This document shows positions 37,852 through 47,054 of a stretch of 64,000 nucleotides of DNA, one piece after another. The DNA lies in the IMG/VR virus record IMGVR_UViG_3300025304_000053; one strand, written 5' to 3'. The number at the start of each line of letters is the position of its first letter. Position 1 is the stretch's first letter. The notes under the pieces were generated by a model. That model had not been told where the DNA came from. It searched no databases and worked only from the letters and a program-made list of their open reading frames with translations. The position numbers were made by a program, and so were the translations under genes. This stretch comes from a virus.

Positions 37852-38256
37852 ATGGCATCGCCAGAACTTGAGCTTCAGGGCGCCATAGTCGCGCGCCTGA
37901 AGGCTGATGCGCCATTGACTGTTCTGGTCGGCCCGCGCGTCTACGATCAGCCGCCAACGCCCGTGACATATCCATATGTGACAATCGGCGAAGCGCAATT
38001 CATTCGCGACGACGCACTCTGCGTGAACGGCGGACAGACCTACCTGACCATGCACGCATGGTCTCAGGCGGTGGGCTTTCCAGAAGTCAAGCGAGTGGCT
38101 GACGCCGTCGTCGAAAGCCTGCATTTGGCGCCTCTGACGCTGGCGACCAACAGGCTCGTATCACTAATGCACCGCACCACGCGCGTGTTTCGCGACGCTG
38201 ACGGCCTGACTTCGCATGCGGTCATTGAGCTCGTTGCCAATACCGAAAAGCCGTAG
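37852..38256 (+). CDS. Tail terminator (DUF3168-like)
   Basis: LQGAIVARL, VYDQPP, YPYVTIG. Confidence 0.85.
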   Translation: MASPELELQGAIVARLKADAPLTVLVGPRVYDQPPTPVTYPYVTIGEAQFIRDDALCVNGGQTYLTMHAWSQAVGFPEVKRVADAVVESLHLAPLTLATNRLVSLMHRTTRVFRDADGLTSHAVIELVANTEKP

Positions 38257-38300
38257 CCCAAGGCCGGCCACAAATCAATCACCACATCTAGGAGACTATC

Positions 38301-38735
38301 ATGGCTCAGACCGGTCAGGTTCTCGGCAGAACCCTGCTTATCAAAATTGGCGATGGCGCCGACCCGGAGACGTTCAGCAACCTGTGCGGTCTGAAGACCC
38401 GCAGCTTCAATCTTTCGGCCAGTGAAATCGACACCACTATCCCGAGCTGCACTAATCCCGGCGATGTGGTCCAGAAGACCAGCCGCCCCGGTATTGCGAA
38501 CCGTACCTTTCAGGGTTCTGGCGCGTATGTTGCTGGCGCGAACATGTCCGCATTCATGGCTCATGTCATCAACACGACCGCCTTCAATGCGCAGGTCGTT
38601 GTGCCCGGTCTCGGCACGTTTGCCGGCAGTTGGATGGTTACCGACTTCAGCGCCAGCGGTGATGTCGAGCCGAACATGGAATTCAGCGCGACGTTCGTCG
38701 CCGCGGACGTCCTGACGTTCACTGCGGAAGCTTAA
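38301..38735 (+). CDS. Major tail tube protein (TP901-1/GTA-like)
   Basis: GRTLLIKIGDG; position. Confidence 0.88.
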   Translation: MAQTGQVLGRTLLIKIGDGADPETFSNLCGLKTRSFNLSASEIDTTIPSCTNPGDVVQKTSRPGIANRTFQGSGAYVAGANMSAFMAHVINTTAFNAQVVVPGLGTFAGSWMVTDFSASGDVEPNMEFSATFVAADVLTFTAEA

Positions 38736-38738
38736 TTC

Positions 38739-39122
38739 ATGGAAAAAGAGGAGAAAACCATGACTGTCCAGCCTGTCTCGCCGGTCTACAAGTTCCCGGT
38801 CAATGAGGCGCGTGGAGAAGCGCGCCTCGTCATCGATGATGTTGAACTCGTGCTTGCTGCGGAAATGGGGCGCCTTTCGGCCGTTTCCAGCCGCCTGCAG
38901 TGCAAGTCTCTGAACGACCTGTTCCTTCGCCTTTCGGACGTCGAGCCCGCTGCTACCGTAGCTGGTATCGAGCTCCTCACGGTGAGGGGCAATGCGATCG
39001 AGGCCATCACCAAGCTCAAGCTGAAGCATTTCGGTGCGTGTAAGATTGCCTTCCTGTCCGTGCTTGCGCATCACTTCGACGGTGATGAGGGAAACGCGGA
39101 AGCCGCCAGCGAGGCGGCGTAG
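38739..39122 (+). CDS. Tail assembly chaperone
   Basis: Between tail tube and TMP; slippery G GGA AAC at 39089-39095. Confidence 0.8.
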   Translation: MEKEEKTMTVQPVSPVYKFPVNEARGEARLVIDDVELVLAAEMGRLSAVSSRLQCKSLNDLFLRLSDVEPAATVAGIELLTVRGNAIEAITKLKLKHFGACKIAFLSVLAHHFDGDEGNAEAASEAA

Positions 39123-39325
39123 AGAGCGGCGAGGACTTCCCTTGGCGAAAATGGATGCGAACCGGAATCGGCTCGCTTGGCTGGCGGCCGGCAGACTTCT
39201 GGTCCGCCACACTCACCGAGTTCTTTGAGGCCATCAACGGCCACAACGAGGCTCAAGGTGGCGAGACGGAAACGGGCGCTCCGAAGGCTAGCGAGTTGGA
39301 TGCGCTGGTGGCTAGATATGGTTAG
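39089..39325 (+). CDS. -1 frameshift extension of the tail assembly chaperone (gpGT-like)
   Basis: -1 frame is open from the heptamer to TAG 39323-39325; encodes LGWRPADFWSATLTEF. Confidence 0.75.
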   Translation, partial: GKRGSRQRGGVESGEDFPWRKWMRTGIGSLGWRPADFWSATLTEFFEAINGHNEAQGGETETGAPKASELDALVARYG

Positions 39326-39612
39326 ATGAAGCCAAGCGCTCGGCAATTTCGAACGACTTGCTGCGCCATCTCCTTGTCACTGAAGGCGTCTGGACGGTCT
39401 CGTAAGGCCTGGCAGAATGTCACGACCCTTCCGCTATCTCCATCCTTGGCGCCAGCCAAGTCATAGAGCTCGGCGCGCACCATGTCACGTTGAGCCAACG
39501 TGTCGGCTTGCTTTTGATGCGCTGAATATGCGGTCCACAAGTAGACGCCGCAGGCGACGATCCCCACTAAACATGCCACGGCGCTCAGCGCCTTTAGCCA
39601 ACCATCCATCAT
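39322..39612 (-). CDS. Antisense single-TM protein (moron-like)
   Basis: N-terminal hydrophobic helix; opposite orientation within the tail operon. Confidence 0.6.
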   Translation of the reverse strand: MMDGWLKALSAVACLVGIVACGVYLWTAYSAHQKQADTLAQRDMVRAELYDLAGAKDGDSGRVVTFCQALRDRPDAFSDKEMAQQVVRNCRALGFI

Positions 39613-39668
39613 CACCACCACCCAAAGGCCCGCCACCCCGCGGGCTTTTTCAATTCTAGGATGCGCAT

Positions 39669-42600
39669 ATGGCGAATGACAATACCGATGACCTGATTAT
39701 CAGTATTTCGACTGACCAGGCCACGCTTCGCCGCAGCATCAAGCGCATTGAGACCGACCTTGGCGTTCTCGCCGGGACTGTCAAAAAGCAGTTCGACACA
39801 GTCGGCAAGAGCATCGACAACTCGATTACGTCGACGATGCAAAACCGCATCAACGGCATGGTGGGGATCGGCACAAAGGCCGCCAAGGAATGGACCGGCG
39901 CACTTGCCGATCAGGGCGAGGAGTTGGAACGGCTACGCGCCAAATACAGCCCGCTCTTTAATACCATCAATAATTACAAGATGGCGGTCTCGGACATCCG
40001 CCGCGCGCATGCAATTGGCGCGATTTCCGCCAACGAAATGGCGGCGGCTATCAGCAAGGAACGGCAGGCAGCGCTTGCGTCAACAGCGGCCATTAAGGGC
40101 CGAAATGCGGCCCTGGCCGACACGCCAACGCAGCGATCTGGTGGCAGTGGTGGGTCGTATAATACAGCCAACCTTGCCGCACAGTTTCAGGATATCGCCG
40201 TAACCTCTGCGATGGGCATGAGCCCGCTGCAGATCGCTCTTCAGCAGGGCACGCAGATTTCCGCAGTGCTAGGACCAATGGGCGCCGCTGGCGCGGTGAA
40301 GGGCCTTGGTGCGGCATTCCTGTCGGTCATCAGTCCCGTTTCATTGGCGACAATTGCATTTGTAGCCGCCGGCGCGGCTGCCATCCAATACTTCAGTTCG
40401 ATGGACTGGGGCAGTGGCAAGTCAGAAGAAGCGCTGAAAAAGGAAGCCGAGCTTATTCAACGTATCGTTGATAAGTGGGGCGAGGCGCTTCCAGAGCTGA
40501 AGAAGTATGCCGACGAGCGCCAGAAGCTCGCCGATGGCAAGGATATCAAGGAAGCGGCGGCGATCGAAGCTGCCAAGCAGTGGGACGATCTTCGAACGAA
40601 GGTCAAGAACGTCAATGTCGAGTTTGCAGACGTCATTACGATGCTGCAAAACGCAGGCGCCGAGACTGGTCAGGTAATCGGTCTCCAGCGGGCGTTTAAC
40701 GACCTGTCGAAGGGCATAAAAGACGGCACTGCCACTTCAGAGCAGGCGAAGACCGTTCAAAACGCCCTCGCCGACTTCGCCAAGGAAACCGGTATCCCGG
40801 CTATTTCCGAGTTTGCGAAACAGTTTGACGAACTAGCTAAGTCGATCGACGCGTCGTCTATCAAGGCAGGCAAATTAAAGCAGGAAGCGGCGGTTCTCGT
40901 CGATCTGATGAAGGGCTTGCCGCCACTAGGCACGCTCAATCCGATGACTGCGCAGGATGGCCGGTTCATGACCGACGCCATGGAGCAACAGAACCAGCGC
41001 GCCATCGATGCTGCGAACGCCGACCCGACCATTCTTAGCAACGGCCAGTACATTCCGGTTCCTACGCCAACTGCTCGACCAAATATCGAGTTGGAGGGCC
41101 TGCCTGGCGACGCGGCGAAGAAGGAACAAACGGCCGCAGAAAAAGCGGCCAACGCCTACCGAGACCTGATGAAGTCGGCTGATGACCGTATCGGCCAGAT
41201 GAAGCAGGAAATCGACCTGCTTGGCAAGTTCGGCGTTGAGGCTGATGCCGCCCGTTTCGCTCTCGACCTGCTTCAAAATTCGGAAGACAAGGGCCGGTCG
41301 CTAAGCGAGGAGCAGCGGAAGGAACTCGAGAAGAAGGTCGCGCTCTACAAGCAGTATTCCGAGACGCTCGCCAAGGCGAAGCTGTCGCAGGATCTGCTGG
41401 AGGAACGTCGGCTCAAGGGAATGTCAAAGACCGACCAGAACGTCTATCAGACGCTCAAGGAATACGGTCTGCCGACAAATCTCGATAGCGACGAGGCGAA
41501 AAAGATTCGCCAGGCGATCAATATCAACGATCTTTCCGATGGCATCCACTCGTTCTTTACGGACTTCTCGTCCGCATTGCAGGAAAACGGTGGCGATATC
41601 GGTGAGGCATTCGCCAAATCACTGAAAACGGCCGCACTCAACGCCCTGAACAAGTCGCTTGAAGATATCTTCGCGCGGCTGTCGGAAACGTTGGCAACAG
41701 CCCTTCTTGGCGGAGGCGCTGGCGCTGGAAGCGGCGCCGGTGCACTTGGCGGGGTTGTTGCCAAGGCGCTTGGGACCGAGATAAGCGGAAAGGCGCCGGT
41801 CGGTGCGGTGACGCGTATGGCGCTTCCAGATGTTGGCGCCACGACAGACATCGCCGCCTACATCTCCAAGGCGGCAGCCGCACGAGGCATTGACCCGTCC
41901 ATCGCGCTTAAGGTTGCGAAGTCTGAGGGCGGCTTGAATAGCTGGAACCTTCAGTCGAGTTACTTCAAAAACGGGGTTCAGGAACCCTCGTTCGGGCCAT
42001 TCCAGTTGTACAAGGGGGGCGGCCTCGGCAATGACTTTATGCGTAAGACCGGTATGGACCCAGCACTTGCGTCCAGCGGTCCTGCTGGCGTGGACTTCGC
42101 GCTTGATCACGCATCAAAGAACGGCTGGGGTGCATGGTACGGCGCGGCGAAGGTCGGCGTAGGCAAGTGGGATGGCATTGGCGCGAATAACGCTTCCGAC
42201 GCCGTCAACAAGATGGCCGAGTCGGCGGGCGCTGCGACCAAGGGCCTAGACAGCATGGCAGGCGGGCTGGGTAAGGTCGGCCAGCAGCTTTCGACAAGCT
42301 TCTTCCCAGCAGCGCCTTCCGCGCCAGGTGGCGGAGGGCTTGGCGGTCTGTTTTCCGGTCTTTTCGGAGGCGGCGGCGGAGCAAACCTGTCGAAATATCA
42401 GGGCATGGTTGGCCTCTTCGCCGAAGGGGGCGTCATCCGCGGCCCCGGCAGCGGCACGTCCGACAGCATCCCGACGATGCTCTCTGATGAAGAGTTCATC
42501 GTCAACTCACGCCAAAGCAAGAAGCATCGCGCTCTCCTGCATGCCATCAACAACGGCACGATTGGCCATATGGCCGCCGGCGGCGTTGCGCGCAGCATAG

Positions 42601-42821
42601 GCGCACCTGTTGCTCCAGCGCTAGCGGCACGCCGTACGGCTGCAAACGACAACGCCAACCCAGGCATCCTGCTGGTCCAGATCGTTGGCGCCAGCGGCGA
42701 TGATCACGTCCGTATGCTCGTGAAGCAGGGCGTTGGCGAGGGGCTGCAGCAATACAATAAGTCTCAAGAGCGCGGCGGCTTCGGCACGTTGCAGGGCCGC
42801 TATAACGCGCAAAAGGGCTGA
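39669..42821 (+). CDS. Tape measure protein with lysozyme-like domain
   Basis: 1050 aa Ala-rich; lambda-TMP-like LQQGTQIS; ARGIDPSIALKVAKSEGG...GPFQL. Confidence 0.92.
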   Translation: MANDNTDDLIISISTDQATLRRSIKRIETDLGVLAGTVKKQFDTVGKSIDNSITSTMQNRINGMVGIGTKAAKEWTGALADQGEELERLRAKYSPLFNTINNYKMAVSDIRRAHAIGAISANEMAAAISKERQAALASTAAIKGRNAALADTPTQRSGGSGGSYNTANLAAQFQDIAVTSAMGMSPLQIALQQGTQISAVLGPMGAAGAVKGLGAAFLSVISPVSLATIAFVAAGAAAIQYFSSMDWGSGKSEEALKKEAELIQRIVDKWGEALPELKKYADERQKLADGKDIKEAAAIEAAKQWDDLRTKVKNVNVEFADVITMLQNAGAETGQVIGLQRAFNDLSKGIKDGTATSEQAKTVQNALADFAKETGIPAISEFAKQFDELAKSIDASSIKAGKLKQEAAVLVDLMKGLPPLGTLNPMTAQDGRFMTDAMEQQNQRAIDAANADPTILSNGQYIPVPTPTARPNIELEGLPGDAAKKEQTAAEKAANAYRDLMKSADDRIGQMKQEIDLLGKFGVEADAARFALDLLQNSEDKGRSLSEEQRKELEKKVALYKQYSETLAKAKLSQDLLEERRLKGMSKTDQNVYQTLKEYGLPTNLDSDEAKKIRQAININDLSDGIHSFFTDFSSALQENGGDIGEAFAKSLKTAALNALNKSLEDIFARLSETLATALLGGGAGAGSGAGALGGVVAKALGTEISGKAPVGAVTRMALPDVGATTDIAAYISKAAAARGIDPSIALKVAKSEGGLNSWNLQSSYFKNGVQEPSFGPFQLYKGGGLGNDFMRKTGMDPALASSGPAGVDFALDHASKNGWGAWYGAAKVGVGKWDGIGANNASDAVNKMAESAGAATKGLDSMAGGLGKVGQQLSTSFFPAAPSAPGGGGLGGLFSGLFGGGGGANLSKYQGMVGLFAEGGVIRGPGSGTSDSIPTMLSDEEFIVNSRQSKKHRALLHAINNGTIGHMAAGGVARSIGAPVAPALAARRTAANDNANPGILLVQIVGASGDDHVRMLVKQGVGEGLQQYNKSQERGGFGTLQGRYNAQKG

Positions 42822-42917
42822 CCGGCGCCGCGTCTGAACCATGGGTTACGGTAGTTGGCTGGCGGCACCGGTTGCGACCAACGTCGCTCCCAAACAATCA
42901 AAAGTCAAGGGGCCGCT

Positions 42918-43679
42918 GTGGCGACATATCTGAACCAGCCAACGCTGGAAGCCAACTTTCTGGCTCCGGTGCGAACCACCTATGACGTTGTCGGCTCGTC
43001 GGTTGACGGCGGCCGCAACGGCGCGGGCGAGGGGCAGTCCATCGAAATGAGTGGCGGCGGCACGGTCGTCGCCACTTACGAGGATTGCAAGATCAAGGAT
43101 CCGGAGCAGTACGAATACATCAATATGCTCGGATCGCGGATGAACGGCGGCTTTCGGTTCATCAATGTCCCGATCATCACTGACTGGTTCGGGCCGTTTC
43201 CTCGCATCAATAAACTGCCGACACCAATCGTGTCAGGAATTCCGCACTCCGACGGATCGTACTTCGATGACGGATCTGGCTACAGCCAGGCGACTGTCTG
43301 GGGGCAAATCACGGCGGATGCTGCGCTTAATGCCGGCATCATTTCAATGCGGGTCTACGGCATGTCCCGCCCATTGCGCTGGTCCGATTGGTTTTCGATC
43401 TACCATGAGGGCGGCAAGGGGTGGCGGGCATACCGCTACTGGGACGTTCTCGATCGCTACGACGATGGAGTCGAGACGATCGAAGGCACCGACGTCAATT
43501 ATCAGGAATACAGGCTGGCGCTCGCGCCGCCGCTCCGTGAAGCGGTGACCGCCGGCACACGTGTCGAGTTCGCCAGGCCGCGCTTTGTGGCCAAGTTCCG
43601 CGGCGACTTCACATTGCCCTCCGTCGTCGAAGCGTTCTTCGTGACGCAGCAATCCATTCAGTTTTCGGAGGCTTTCTAG
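42918..43679 (+). CDS. Distal tail/baseplate protein
   Basis: Position after TMP; GTG start. Confidence 0.65.
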   Translation: MATYLNQPTLEANFLAPVRTTYDVVGSSVDGGRNGAGEGQSIEMSGGGTVVATYEDCKIKDPEQYEYINMLGSRMNGGFRFINVPIITDWFGPFPRINKLPTPIVSGIPHSDGSYFDDGSGYSQATVWGQITADAALNAGIISMRVYGMSRPLRWSDWFSIYHEGGKGWRAYRYWDVLDRYDDGVETIEGTDVNYQEYRLALAPPLREAVTAGTRVEFARPRFVAKFRGDFTLPSVVEAFFVTQQSIQFSEAF

Positions 43680-43752
43680 CCTCCAAGCCACCCACTCCCA
43701 CCACACATCAAGGCTCGCTCAGGCGGGCCTTCTTCGTATTAAGGAGCCGCCT

Positions 43753-44355
43753 ATGGGTTGGGTGCCTGACAACGTCATTGACGAACTAGCCGGCAGCCAC
43801 CAACTCGGCATCTTTCTCCGCATCGACACAGACCCGGCTCTGCATATGTGGTTCGGCGTCAACGACATCCCGGCCAACTTCGACAGCGTCGACCCCGACG
43901 GTACGGTCTATCTCGGCGGCGGGCGCCTGCTTGGCGTTCCCACGCTCGAGGTACTGGTCAACGGCACGGCCGATAGCGTCGAATTCACGCTTTCCGGCAT
44001 CGATCCTGCCACCGCTGCAAAGACCATCGACAGCCTGCCCCCCGTCCGCGGCGCGACCGTACAGATGGGCATCACGACGCTGGACCAATATTTCCAGCCG
44101 ATGAGCAACATCATCCCGATCTGGATGGGGACAGCGTCTCACGTCGGCGAGTCTTCGCCGGCGACTCCAAGCGGTCAATCGGTTTCGATCACGCTGTCGC
44201 TTGCTGTTGTTTCCGGTGAGGCCACGCGATCCCGCCCGGCCCGCACGCTGTGGTCATCGCCCCACCAGAAGGCGATCTCGCCGACCGACAAATTCTGCGA
44301 CGGAACATCACGACTCGCGCGCGGTGTCCAGCCGACGTGGACGCTGGGCTACTAG
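43753..44355 (+). CDS. Tail/baseplate protein
   Basis: Position; RBS. Confidence 0.65.
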   Translation: MGWVPDNVIDELAGSHQLGIFLRIDTDPALHMWFGVNDIPANFDSVDPDGTVYLGGGRLLGVPTLEVLVNGTADSVEFTLSGIDPATAAKTIDSLPPVRGATVQMGITTLDQYFQPMSNIIPIWMGTASHVGESSPATPSGQSVSITLSLAVVSGEATRSRPARTLWSSPHQKAISPTDKFCDGTSRLARGVQPTWTLGY

Positions 44356-44390
44356 CCCACGCGCCCGGCAGGCCAACCCCATAGGTTACC

Positions 44391-44810
44391 ATGACATTGC
44401 AAGAGTTTATGGCGCTGCCTCACCGATTCCGGTGGGGCGGTCAGGGCGGTGACGACTGCACGACATTCCTGGCGACGTGGATTTCTTATCGCCTTGGTGT
44501 CGATCCGGCCGAGGACCTTCGCGGAACCTATCGCGACGGCGCTGGCGCACATCGAATTCTCCAAAAGGCAGGCGGCATTGAAGCCTTCATAGCAGGCCGC
44601 CTAGCGCCGTTAGGCTTTACCCGCACTGACACGCCAGAGGATGGCGATATCGGCGTGGTGAAGGCTCCTGACGCCTATTCCGGCGACGAAGTCCACGTCG
44701 GTGCCATCCGCTTCGGCAAGCACTGGCTTGTTCTCGCGCCAGCCGGCGTTGCCTGCAAAAAACTCGATCATATCGCCGCATGGCGCATGCCTGCTGGAGG
44801 CGACAACTAA
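44391..44810 (+). CDS. NlpC/P60-like tail-tip protein
   Basis: F.WG..DC....HVG catalytic pattern. Confidence 0.75.
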   Translation: MTLQEFMALPHRFRWGGQGGDDCTTFLATWISYRLGVDPAEDLRGTYRDGAGAHRILQKAGGIEAFIAGRLAPLGFTRTDTPEDGDIGVVKAPDAYSGDEVHVGAIRFGKHWLVLAPAGVACKKLDHIAAWRMPAGGDN

Positions 44811-46993
44811 TGAGCTTCCATCATCGTATGATGCTGCAGCGCTATGGGCTGTCGCATACGACGTCGCTTTATAGCCAGGTCGTTTTTGACCCGATCTTCA
44901 CGCCGCTTTTTACGGCAATTCTCGGCGCCGGCGGGCTTGGGTTGACCGGAACCGCGCTATCGATTGGCGTGGGCGTCGCATCGGCCATTGCTACCACCGC
45001 GCTTTCCATCGGCATTCAGATGCTGATGGCGCCAAAGCCTCCGAAGCCGGAGGCGGCGAAGGTGCCGCTGACGCAACCAATCCCTTACCGCATTTGGGGG
45101 GTCGGCCGCACACGGCTGGGCGGCGCCTACATGCTCTGGGAATCGAACGGGCCAAATCTTTTTTCGGTTCAGGCTGTAGCGGCCCATCGCATCAAATCGT
45201 TCAACCGCTTCTGGCTCCATGACGACGAGGTCTTCATCCCGCCGGGGGGTGGCATCGCATCGTATCCAGGCGAAAGGTATGGCGGGAACGTCGGCATATT
45301 CTATCGCCTTGGTCTTCCAACGGAAACGGCATACCCCGGCCCTGTTTCCGCTTTCGGGGCTTCTGGCCTGTGGACGAATGACCACCGTGGGGACGGGCAA
45401 GCATCTCTTTCAATGTTCGCCTCTGCCGAAAGGCAGAAGGACCAAAACAAGCGATTTCCATACGGCCCTCCATCCCTGTCGGCAGAAGCTGATCTTGCTC
45501 TTTGCTGGGACTATCGCGACCCCGCGCAGGATCCGGAAGACCCCGAGACTTGGGAGTGGACGCGGAATTCAGCGCTGATTTGCGCTTGGCATCTCTGCTT
45601 CAACGAGTTCGGCTTCAGGCTCGACTACCAGAAAGCGATCATGCCGGTTCTCGATCTCTGGATCGAAGAAGCAGACATCTGCGACGAAGACGTGCCGTTG
45701 GCAGCCGGGGGGACGGAGAAGCGTTACGAGTGCAACGGCAGTGATACTACCGAGAACGGACCAAAGGCCGGCCTGAACGCCATTCTGGCATCTTGCGACG
45801 GCCATCTTGTGGCGCGTGGTGACGGTGCCCGCATCCTGACGGTCGGCAAGTTCCGCGAGTCTCGCTGCGTAACCCTATACGATCGGGATATCGTCGGCCA
45901 CAGCATTCAGTACGACGTGCTGTTTGAGGACGAGATCAACCGGCTTGTGCCGAAGTTCACATACCCGGCCACGGCGTATTCGACTTGCGACACGGACTAT
46001 TTCGAGGATGTGGATGCGCAGGTCTCCGCTGGACGCATCCTCTCGGAAGAGGCGAATTACCAGTGGGTCCACCAGTGGCGACAGGCTCGCCGGCTTGGTC
46101 TGCGCGACTGGAAGCGACTTCGCCAGAAGGTTAAGGGCTCGATCGATGTTCGATTCAGCGGCATTAACTCGGTCTATGCCCGTTGGGTAAGGCTCGATGC
46201 GCCGCTTCGCCTTCCGAGGCTAAACGGCAAGCTCGTAGAAAACAGACGCTCTGTCCTCGCGCTCACGCGCGGCGGTTTCTCTATGGATATTGTTCAGCAT
46301 CCTGAAGATATCGATGATTGGAACCCATTCACCGATGAAGGTACGCAGCCTCCCGTGCCGACCGCACCGGCGTCGGAAGACATCGTCGTTCCGGTCATCA
46401 ATCTGGTGCAGGCCAAGCCTAGTGCTGGTTCGGTGTACATCCGCGTGGTTATCATTGACCCTGTCGACACCAGCCTTACACCAGTCGTTCGGTATCGTGT
46501 CGCCGACATTGGCGGCGGGGTGCCTGGTGCGTGGGTGGAACAATCCTTCCCGGATGCCGCTCCAGACCTTGGCTTCATCAACCTGAACACCAACGTCGTT
46601 CCGGCAGACACGCTGCTGAATGTCCAGGTCAGCTTCCTGACATCAGGTGGGGCTTCGTCTGATTGGTCCGTGACTGCGGACATCACTTCGACGGTCGATC
46701 CTACTGCACCGGGCACTCCGGTAAGCATGACGGCACCCAACAGCGTCACCACCGTTCCTGTCAGCGCAAGAGCTGCGAACGACAACACCCGAGTGTTGAT
46801 CTTTAAGCGCGGCACAACTGTTCAGTCATACGCCGCAGCAACTGAAATCGCGCGGTACTCCGTAACGGCCAACCAGACGATTTCGTTCAGCAATACGCCC
46901 GGCGCCGGCACTTGGAAGTACTGGTGCGGCGCTGAGAACATTTCTGGCGTTCCGTCTGCCGCGCAGGCTTCGGCTACCGCGATAGTCACCTAA
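44810..46993 (+). CDS. Tail tip/central fibre (host-specificity) protein
   Basis: GRTRLGG, N.ALI..WHL, C-terminal Ig/FN3-like region. Confidence 0.8.
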   Translation: MSFHHRMMLQRYGLSHTTSLYSQVVFDPIFTPLFTAILGAGGLGLTGTALSIGVGVASAIATTALSIGIQMLMAPKPPKPEAAKVPLTQPIPYRIWGVGRTRLGGAYMLWESNGPNLFSVQAVAAHRIKSFNRFWLHDDEVFIPPGGGIASYPGERYGGNVGIFYRLGLPTETAYPGPVSAFGASGLWTNDHRGDGQASLSMFASAERQKDQNKRFPYGPPSLSAEADLALCWDYRDPAQDPEDPETWEWTRNSALICAWHLCFNEFGFRLDYQKAIMPVLDLWIEEADICDEDVPLAAGGTEKRYECNGSDTTENGPKAGLNAILASCDGHLVARGDGARILTVGKFRESRCVTLYDRDIVGHSIQYDVLFEDEINRLVPKFTYPATAYSTCDTDYFEDVDAQVSAGRILSEEANYQWVHQWRQARRLGLRDWKRLRQKVKGSIDVRFSGINSVYARWVRLDAPLRLPRLNGKLVENRRSVLALTRGGFSMDIVQHPEDIDDWNPFTDEGTQPPVPTAPASEDIVVPVINLVQAKPSAGSVYIRVVIIDPVDTSLTPVVRYRVADIGGGVPGAWVEQSFPDAAPDLGFINLNTNVVPADTLLNVQVSFLTSGGASSDWSVTADITSTVDPTAPGTPVSMTAPNSVTTVPVSARAANDNTRVLIFKRGTTVQSYAAATEIARYSVTANQTISFSNTPGAGTWKYWCGAENISGVPSAAQASATAIVT

Positions 46994-47054
46994 TCCGAAC
47001 CGAATACCACCAAGCCCCTGGCCGCTAGCCGGGGCGCTTTTGCATGGAGATATC

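Noticed and set aside
38064-39212. 382-aa minus-strand ORF
   Set aside because: Antisense shadow of well-supported tail genes in high-GC DNA; no recognisable motif or RBS
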